IMG/VR virus record: IMGVR_UViG_3300033153_002115
Coordinates: 34,469-98,468 of that record
DNA from: a virus
Length of the DNA stretch: 64,000 bases
Reading direction: 5' to 3' (one strand)
Positions 57,610 through 64,000 of the stretch are shown here, in pieces. The notes under the pieces were generated by a model. That model had not been told where the DNA came from, made no database searches, and worked only from the letters and a program-made list of their open reading frames with translations. The position numbers were made by a program, and so were the translations under genes. Each line of letters opens with the position of its first letter. The first letter of the stretch is position 1.

Positions 57610-57822
57610 CTAAACTACACCTTCCCTTTTTTGTTGCACTATGAACCGAGCAATCGGATTTGTTATAAACTTGGTTTTCAAGTATAACACTCGATGTCCG
57701 GTACTACATAGTATAGTTGCTTGAACTGCTTCCTTTGGGATGAATACTCCGCTATTTATCTTGATGTTGCCATCGTAAGTAGCAGTATACTCATCCTCAT
57801 GAAGCTTAATATAACTTCGCAT
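57610..57822 (-). CDS. Hypothetical protein
   Basis: 70 aa. Confidence 0.45.
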   Translation of the reverse strand: MRSYIKLHEDEYTATYDGNIKINSGVFIPKEAVQATILCSTGHRVLYLKTKFITNPIARFIVQQKREGVV

Positions 57823-57994
57823 GTTCCTCCTTCTTTAGTTCGTTGTCTACTATTTTCGTATGATTTTGAGTATTAATGTTTAATATGGCCTTAATTGCCA
57901 TGTACTCACCATAGGAAACCGACTGAACTAAGTTTTCTAACTTTCCTTCCTCATTTACATAGGAAATATCTACTATACAACCAGGCTCATTCAT
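57806..57994 (-). CDS. Hypothetical protein
   Basis: 62 aa, overlapping chain. Confidence 0.5.
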   Translation of the reverse strand: MNEPGCIVDISYVNEEGKLENLVQSVSYGEYMAIKAILNINTQNHTKIVDNELKKEEHAKLY

Positions 57995-58394
57995 CTACAA
58001 CATCATTTAAGTGGACGTAATAATATGGCGTATCGCCATCATCGTACCACATCTCTATGATAGAATGGTATGCTTTACTATTGTCAGCTTTGATATAAAA
58101 ATACCACCAGTCACCTTTCTCTGATTTAGTTCTATCCTTATCTTCATCAAGCCACTTAATCATATCTCTATCGGATACACCTCTTTTATGGATATACATC
58201 TCATTACACATTCCATTTTTGAAGTAAAACCAGATAGTATCATCACTATACTTTACTTTAATCATCGACGAATCTGTTTCCACAATCGCCTGTTCATAAG
58301 TGTCATGGGTTGTTTTATAATACTTACCCAGTTGTGCATCACATTGCACTATGCCCATGATAAACACGAACATAAATAATAATACATTTTTCAT
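57987..58394 (-). CDS. Hypothetical secreted protein
   Basis: N-terminal signal peptide ending CDA-Q. Confidence 0.6.
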   Translation of the reverse strand: MKNVLLFMFVFIMGIVQCDAQLGKYYKTTHDTYEQAIVETDSSMIKVKYSDDTIWFYFKNGMCNEMYIHKRGVSDRDMIKWLDEDKDRTKSEKGDWWYFYIKADNSKAYHSIIEMWYDDGDTPYYYVHLNDVVDE

Positions 58395-58418
58395 TTCATT
58401 TGTTTTAATTATTAATAC

Positions 58419-58649
58419 TTAAACTGTCTCATCTGCACCTTCGGCAGCCTCTTGTCTAATATAATCAGGAACACCCCCCAATATAAGACTAGAATCAATA
58501 CCACTTTCTAACTTGAGTAAGTTTTCTACAACCTTCTCAAGTCTACTTTTCGGTATCATCACATTGTGGTTTAATGCTAAGTTATTTAACACAACCAATA
58601 CTCGACGAAGCGTTTCAGCCTCACCATCTTTAAAATGTTCTATACTCAT
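58419..58649 (-). CDS. Hypothetical protein
   Basis: 76 aa. Confidence 0.5.
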   Translation of the reverse strand: MSIEHFKDGEAETLRRVLVVLNNLALNHNVMIPKSRLEKVVENLLKLESGIDSSLILGGVPDYIRQEAAEGADETV

Positions 58650-58652
58650 AGC

Positions 58653-58889
58653 TTATTTTATATGTTTAGCGAACCATTCTCTTACCATTAACTTAGCTTC
58701 TGCATCATTATAAGGTTGATCAGAAATAGACAGCATGTAGTGATCTTCTATAGCTTCTTGACATAACCTAACCATAGCCATTAAAGCTTCAGTTATTTCT
58801 TCCGCTATTACCATAGGTTGTTCACTGTCTGCTACTCTAGTTGCCCAGTATAAAGGAACAAATACTTCTTTTTGTATCTCTATACTCAT
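58653..58889 (-). CDS. Hypothetical protein
   Basis: 78 aa. Confidence 0.5.
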   Translation of the reverse strand: MSIEIQKEVFVPLYWATRVADSEQPMVIAEEITEALMAMVRLCQEAIEDHYMLSISDQPYNDAEAKLMVREWFAKHIK

Positions 58890-59056
58890 CAGTCTCTCTT
58901 TAAATGTAAAATAACAATCATATAAGCAAGTGCAGCTCCTGCAATCATAGTTGCTGCAAAATCCTCTATCGGATCGTTCTCTAAATTATAGACACGATAA
59001 GCCGTTGTCAACATAAATATTAACATAGCTATTCCTAACTTTACTAGTGTTTTCAT
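58889..59056 (-). CDS. Small two-TM membrane protein (55 aa, below the ORF track cutoff)
   Basis: MKTLVKLGIAMLIFMLTTAYRVYNLENDPIEDFAATMIAGAALAYMIVILHLKRD; its TGA overlaps the next ATG. Confidence 0.6.
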   Translation of the reverse strand: MKTLVKLGIAMLIFMLTTAYRVYNLENDPIEDFAATMIAGAALAYMIVILHLKRD

Positions 59057-59208
59057 ATATTTATTTGTTTTAGTTACAATTTAAAATAAAGGCTTGATAC
59101 ATTGAGGTTTCGCTGCTCGATCCTGAGAAGGATTTTTAACGCTTAGCCGCATGCGAGTTCATATCAATACAAGGACGTCTCAGTTACTATCCCTTACCTT
59201 TACTATTT

Positions 59209-59412
59209 TTACTCTTCTTCGTCTCCAAAATGCTCCGTCCATTCTTCTGGTGTTATACCGGACATAATGAATTCTCTATCTTCTCCACTAAGATTAGGCA
59301 TTGCTCTTTGAATAGCAACGCCTTCTTCCCATGAGCGTAATTGCTCTGGAGTAACTGGTATCTCTCTTGTATGAGTGATATGAGTTATGTTTGACATTTT
59401 TGTTATTAACAT
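59209..59412 (-). CDS. Conserved small phage protein
   Basis: QL.SW..G..IQ.AMPNLS..DREFIMSGITPEEW pattern recurrent in phages. Confidence 0.65.
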   Translation of the reverse strand: MLITKMSNITHITHTREIPVTPEQLRSWEEGVAIQRAMPNLSGEDREFIMSGITPEEWTEHFGDEEE

Positions 59413-59440
59413 TATATAGTTGTTTTGATTACAATTTAAA

Positions 59441-59516
59441 ACCTCACTGTCCCCGGCTAACGGGTATGTTCCAACCTTGCTAACTTTTTATACGTTGGAC
59501 TCATGTACAGTGAGGT
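59441..59516 (-). ncRNA. Putative three-way-junction structured RNA
   Basis: 10-bp closing stem ACCTCACTGT/ACAGTGAGGT enclosing TCCAAC/GTTGGA and CCCG/CGGG arms. Confidence 0.45.
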
Positions 59517-59731
59517 AAGACATTAGATTACTCCTTCCCTTTCGTACGTGTTTTCTTCTACAAAAGTAAAAGAATGTTACGAAAACCCTACAGAGTATAT
59601 TAAGGTACTTAACCTCCCTTTCATGCCTCTAATGTCAATAAAGCACCCTAGTCGAATATTTATCTGCCAGTTGTCAGTATTTCTACGTGATGGCATCTAA
59701 GGCAAGCTTCATATAATTTAATTAATACTAA

Positions 59732-59914
59732 TTATAACCATAACAAACCTGCCTTCATAACATCAGACAGTTTATTTGGTAAAAATACAGAATCTTTACG
59801 TATTATCGAAGGCATTTCCACACCTGCAGCATTAGCTCTGCCTAACTGCTGTCTTGTCCTGAAATTGGTCGAACTGACCTTTTCAGACTTAATCATTTTA
59901 ATTCTATTTCTCAT
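59732..59914 (-). CDS. Hypothetical protein
   Basis: 60 aa. Confidence 0.45.
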   Translation of the reverse strand: MRNRIKMIKSEKVSSTNFRTRQQLGRANAAGVEMPSIIRKDSVFLPNKLSDVMKAGLLWL

Positions 59915-59992
59915 TGTACTATGTTTTAGTTACCTGCTTTCGCAACGCTTTGGACTTAAAACTCTATTTATACTCATCCAAATGAGTCGATT

Positions 59993-60019
59993 AAAAACCC
60001 TGCCCCGTAGGGCAAGGCT
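59993..60019 (-). terminator. Intrinsic terminator
   Basis: AGCCTTGCCC-TACG-GGGCAGGGTT followed by a T-run, after the stop at 60036. Confidence 0.7.
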
Positions 60020-60035
60020 AACCAAAACAAACACT

Positions 60036-60347
60036 TTAATATAAACTATTTAATAGTTGTTCAATACCATCTGCATCTTTTACAGCAATCAGGTGATTGA
60101 ACTTCTTTTGAATGTATTCTTTATCTTCTCTACCCACATTAGGTAGAGCTATTAAACTTTGTTGACTGAACTTTCTCTTCAGCCAATCAGGTGCAGTATC
60201 CCAATCACCACCGGCAAATCCTTTAAAGTTTGATTTAGGCTCTTGTTTAATATAACCTTGTTTGTTCTTAAGATAGAAATGAGTTTCATCAAATCTATAC
60301 ATACTGAACATACCTGGCCTATCTTTTAAATGTATTTTAATGTCCAT
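60036..60347 (-). CDS. Hypothetical protein
   Basis: 103 aa. Confidence 0.55.
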   Translation of the reverse strand: MDIKIHLKDRPGMFSMYRFDETHFYLKNKQGYIKQEPKSNFKGFAGGDWDTAPDWLKRKFSQQSLIALPNVGREDKEYIQKKFNHLIAVKDADGIEQLLNSLY

Positions 60348-60735
60348 CAGGTTTAGTTAATTTTTTAACTTTTAAAGAACCAAAGATTTGTTCAGTAAGA
60401 GTAACTTTTGCCATCAATTCTACTCCCTTTTTATACTCTGAATAAACTCTTTCTAGGTTTTTAAACTCTTCTTTAGCCTCTTTTTTAGTAGCAGCAAATA
60501 TGACATCTTCATACACTAAATAACCTGATACTTTTCTTATCTCTGTAAATAGAAACCTAGGCGTATTATATCTATACATTCTACTTATAATTTGTGTTAC
60601 TCTAGTAGCACTTAAGTTATATTTAACCTTTAGTTTTACTTTAGATATACCTGCTTTGTAATCTTTATACATAGCTTCATTTCTTTTTATGATAGCTAGA
60701 CCTTTTTCCGTTTTATAGTATTCTTCACTTGTCAT
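60337..60735 (-). CDS. HTH DNA-binding protein (Mor-like N-terminus)
   Basis: RNEAMYKDY..G.S...L...YNLS..RV.QII. Confidence 0.55.
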   Translation of the reverse strand: MTSEEYYKTEKGLAIIKRNEAMYKDYKAGISKVKLKVKYNLSATRVTQIISRMYRYNTPRFLFTEIRKVSGYLVYEDVIFAATKKEAKEEFKNLERVYSEYKKGVELMAKVTLTEQIFGSLKVKKLTKPDGH

Positions 60736-60750
60736 GATTATTTGCTTTAG

Positions 60751-60975
60751 TTATAAACTATGTTCTTCTAATACTGTCTTCTTACCGCAGTGTTTTATTT
60801 GGTAATTGTATCTGTTCTTAACACTATGTAAATGCTTTTTACATAAACATTTCACAGTAATTACGTCTCTATTTAAATGAGAAGCAAACGTAGTTATAGT
60901 TAGTTCATCAGTCGCATCGTTAGTACAACTATACTTATTACCAAACTGGTCTTGTATCTTAGCTTTACATTTCAT
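60751..60975 (-). CDS. Hypothetical Cys-rich protein
   Basis: C...C...CLCKKH. Confidence 0.5.
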   Translation of the reverse strand: MKCKAKIQDQFGNKYSCTNDATDELTITTFASHLNRDVITVKCLCKKHLHSVKNRYNYQIKHCGKKTVLEEHSL

Positions 60976-60987
60976 TGTGCTTGTTAT

Positions 60988-61416
60988 TTAGTTAAATTCT
61001 ATTCCATGAGTTACCAGAAATGCATGTAACTCTTCAGATAAACTTTCCATATCATCTGTCCATTTCTCAAAGGGGACATCTGAAATACCTAAGTAAGCTA
61101 CAAAGTAATAGCCTTTGCTTTTATAATGCACTTGGTTATGTTTATCGAAACCTTTAAATGGCTTACAATACACAACCTTTATATTATTGTGACCAAAGTT
61201 GTCAGTTATACTAACAAACTGTTCAATAATATCCTTTGTAATTCTATCCCACTTGTTATCTGTATTAAACAGTCTATCATTAATACTGTTCCCGTCTAAA
61301 AACAGGGACATAGTATTCTCATTATAATCAGGGATATGTTTAAGAGACTTAAATTTCTTCATGTGCTTGTAAGTTATAGTTAAATTATGTATATTTGCAT
61401 ATAATTCCGCATACAA
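60988..61416 (-). CDS. Hypothetical protein
   Basis: ORF; ATG start probably at 61362 (MKKFKS). Confidence 0.55.
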   Translation of the reverse strand: MYAELYANIHNLTITYKHMKKFKSLKHIPDYNENTMSLFLDGNSINDRLFNTDNKWDRITKDIIEQFVSITDNFGHNNIKVVYCKPFKGFDKHNQVHYKSKGYYFVAYLGISDVPFEKWTDDMESLSEELHAFLVTHGIEFN

Positions 61417-61955
61417 TTAGGGGGAAATGGGTCAAAGTTTAAAATCATCCCTATCCCCTATAAATAGAGCCAACCATCACAACATCCTCATACTTACTAA
61501 TAAAGAGTTAATAAATAATCCATAACGGATAGTGTAAATATGGAAAATAAAGTATAACTTTGTCCATACGCAGTAACGAATGTACTCATGCGTCCTCGAT
61601 CAGTAACCAGTCTCACTCAACAAGAAAAGACTTAACAAGACATACACCCGTCTTCTCAAGGACTTGAAACTCACCCTTCTAGACGACATAACCTAAAAGC
61701 GGTTCGTCTTCGAAAAAGAAGGAAATCAAGGGTTTAAACGGTTTGCAGTGCAAAACTTTCCACTCAACCGTGTCGTCCTCAACAAGTTAGACACAGTCGC
61801 ACTGTTCACACTGTCCAGCCTAACCAACACGGTGCTGGTCGAACTGGTCGACAAGAGAAAGACTGGTCCTTCACGAATTGCCGTCGTCCGGCGCCCCACC
61901 TCTGCCCTGTTCTCAAATCGTATTTATACGCCTTATATATTATACACTCAATTCT

Positions 61956-62027
61956 GCGCTAAGGTCACGGAACTTGAAATTGCGCTAAGGCTATGGACTT
62001 GAAACCACGTTCGCGCTAAGGCTGTGG
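61956..62027 (+). repeat. Three imperfect direct repeats with core GCGCTAAGG
   Basis: Cores at 61956, 61982 and 62013; the first two continue with GG(A)ACTTGAAA. Confidence 0.7.
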
Positions 62028-62149
62028 CCCAAATAGCTCCCCTGAAGGGCTTGCTCTTCCGTCGTCTGTTCGAGTTCTTCCGTATGGTGCTAGTGCGTTA
62101 GCTCCTGGCCGATAGGACAGGTAGGATAAGCCGTCCGCAGGACATCTAG

Positions 62150-62198
62150 AAAAAAAGAAAGCACCGCAAGGTCTTGCGACGATGCGGTTTTGCTTTCT
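62150..62198 (-). terminator. Intrinsic terminator after 62218..62682
   Basis: AGAAAGCA/TGCTTTCT plus ACCGCA/TGCGGT stems followed by a T-run on the - strand. Confidence 0.55.
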
Positions 62199-62217
62199 AC
62201 TTGATGAACGGTGAAAC

Positions 62218-62682
62218 TCATACCATTTTGGCCGCTTCCTTCTCGTCAATCTTTGCAGGCTTGTCCGTAGACTTTAGCTTGCTTATGCCACTTTGTGCGA
62301 ACACTACCGATTGCGTAGTAACTGGGTCACTCATTAGACGACAGTTAATTACGTTTTGAACTTGTGCAGATACTGCATCGTTGTCCAATACGATTGTCCA
62401 CTTCTCGAAGTCAATGCTGTCTTCTTTAGGTGTGAACTTACGCTTATTATAAGTTGCTTCCACACCTGCCTCATGAAGGGTAGCACCCTCATAAAGAAAT
62501 TTGCTACCAACAAGTAAATCAGCGTCAGCAAGATATAGATCCTGCTTTAACATTTTCTTTACTTTGTTTAATATGAAGCTAGACGGTGCGCCATATACAG
62601 GTATTGATTCGTCTGTGAAAGACAGGATGATACGTGCGAAATCCTTTGTGAAACTAGCCCTTGCAATTGTCAATTCTTCCAT
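62218..62682 (-). CDS. Hypothetical protein (first gene of the leftward early region)
   Basis: 154-aa ORF with its own terminator. Confidence 0.6.
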   Translation of the reverse strand: MEELTIARASFTKDFARIILSFTDESIPVYGAPSSFILNKVKKMLKQDLYLADADLLVGSKFLYEGATLHEAGVEATYNKRKFTPKEDSIDFEKWTIVLDNDAVSAQVQNVINCRLMSDPVTTQSVVFAQSGISKLKSTDKPAKIDEKEAAKMV

Positions 62683-63212
62683 GATATTGTCATTTATTGA
62701 AATGTGCCTACTCTACGTCGGGTTTTCGGCTTCGCCCGTAATGTCTTGTAATCAGTAAAATGATGGTAGTCACTTCTACGAGTTTTATCTGCACTGTGTT
62801 AGTGTTTTACATCAGATAAGAGACAGCGCCATCGCTTGTTAATATAATACTAAGCAGAGTTACTGTGAAACGTAGGTGGATAGTAACCACGGTGTTTCTA
62901 GTCTCATCCCTATCTTGTAGGTCGACAGCAGTCCAGTTAGCATTATATTAACAAGGCACACATGGTGATTGGTGCGAATCTCTACCGTGGTATGTCGTGC
63001 TTAGCACTGTAATTGCTCCATATGACCGGTACGGTTGGTTAGACCGATCATATGCCGTCAAGCTCATGGCTTGATGTCCAAAATCAGATCCTATCCTGCA
63101 AAGCAGGGGGTACACCGGATCCTTCAACACCCAACGGGGTCAATCGTAGGGATAGAATCACTCCCTTAACATACACAAAAAATATATAATTTTTTTTTCT
63201 AACCTTTTTCAC

Positions 63213-63220
63213 TAACTTTG
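63213..63220 (+). promoter_or_regulatory. Bacteroidota sigma70 -7 element (TAACTTTG)
   Basis: Upstream of the ATG at 63248. Confidence 0.55.
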
Positions 63221-63247
63221 TATCATCCACATATACACACCCACACT

Positions 63248-64000
63248 ATGAACCCAATAGGTAAGATTAAACCCGGCGGCTTAACTGGTAAAGAGATTAT
63301 TGAAGTTACAGGTAAAAAAGGAATAAAGTATCTTGCAGAAGTACAAGATGTAGCTGATACTGGAGGAAAAGGGAACGCTACAGTTTCTAAAGGTAGTGTA
63401 TTTACTCCCGCAATAACTTTTGATGTAGATGAAAAGTATTTTAGTAGATACATGCAAGCAGGGGCTTTAACAATTAGTTTAGGTTCTAATACAAATGGGC
63501 AGGGTTCTATAGTTTATTGTCCAATAATAACAGACGGCAGTGCAATTAATTTTCCTGCAAATTGGAAAGAGATTAAAAATGAGTACGTAAATGATATTGC
63601 TGTTTATGGAATTTCGGTATTTTTTGACGGAACAGTATATCAATATTGGATATACTATGTCGGTGTTTATGACGTAAATAGTCCTACCCTTGATTCGGTT
63701 AATATAACGGATGGGACAATTAATGAAGTAAATTTAGGCTTTTCCGAGGCTGTGGTTATTACTACAGATGGATGGTCAATATCGACAGATGGAGCAGCCC
63801 TGAGCATATTAAGTGTTACAGGTTCAGGAACTTCTATCCCTAGATTTGTTTTGAGTCGAGAGGTATTATATTCGGAAATTTTATCATTAGCCTATAATAG
63901 CACAATAGGAGAAACAAAGGATTTAAATGATAACGACTTAGCAACAATAGTAAGTCAACCTATTGATAATGATATTACAGGGATAGAGGAGATTACAGTA
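63248..64000 (+). CDS. Virion surface protein with SwmB/Ig-like domain (3'-truncated; not in the ORF track)
   Basis: Open from ATG 63248 to window end: MNPIGKIKPGG...SPTLDSVNI...LGFSEAV...VTGSGT...LAY...G..KD..DNDL. Confidence 0.65.
   Translation, partial: MNPIGKIKPGGLTGKEIIEVTGKKGIKYLAEVQDVADTGGKGNATVSKGSVFTPAITFDVDEKYFSRYMQAGALTISLGSNTNGQGSIVYCPIITDGSAINFPANWKEIKNEYVNDIAVYGISVFFDGTVYQYWIYYVGVYDVNSPTLDSVNITDGTINEVNLGFSEAVVITTDGWSISTDGAALSILSVTGSGTSIPRFVLSREVLYSEILSLAYNSTIGETKDLNDNDLATIVSQPIDNDITGIEEITV

Noticed and set aside
59086-59200. Hammerhead ribozyme
   Set aside because: GCGAAAC is present but I found no CUGAnGA core in the required position
61956-62027. CRISPR mini-array
   Set aside because: Only a 9-nt core, no unique spacers of proper length, and no cas genes
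61748-62249. ORFs 61748..62002 (+) and 62016..62249 (-)
   Set aside because: Atypical composition; they overlap repeats and a terminator and have weak start context
63223-63453. 76-aa - strand ORF
   Set aside because: Antisense to the long open + strand frame starting at 63248
1-64000. Stop-codon reassignment as seen in some crAss-like phages
   Set aside because: Genes, including the giant ones, are intact in code 11; TAG and TGA are used as stops; there is no CTA/TCA suppressor tRNA

Overview
A 64 kb fragment of an AT-rich crAss-like (Crassvirales-type) podophage of a Bacteroidota host, read in the standard genetic code. Host-type TAnnTTTG promoters are present and there are no Shine-Dalgarno motifs. 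The + strand from 1 to 25.5 kb carries the tail stabilization protein C-terminus and giant virion cargo proteins, including a 2723-aa single-chain virion RNA polymerase (DFDVDK). The - strand from 25.5 to 28.2 kb carries 24 tRNA genes covering all 20 amino acids. Further along the - strand come receptor-binding/tail genes, lysis genes, a replication module (ligase, dUTPase, 5'-3' exonuclease, resolvase, rIIA/rIIB, primase, DnaB-like and SF2 helicases, PolA) and small early genes interspersed with structured RNAs. A strand switch lies near 63.2 kb. Main discovery: the tRNA array is split into two operons. Each is preceded by a host-type promoter, a short leader ORF and mutually exclusive antiterminator/terminator hairpins. 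Leader A (MRTMNNIHTVEQPKADTIRGRALAM) contains codons for all 16 tRNAs downstream of it. Leader B (MKTTCYLFSFWSLLTSVRD) has ten consecutive codons that match exactly the 8 tRNAs downstream of it. This looks like a ribosome-mediated attenuation system by which the phage audits the host tRNA pool and makes replacement tRNAs only when decoding stalls. All calls were made by eye; no searches or folding programs were run.
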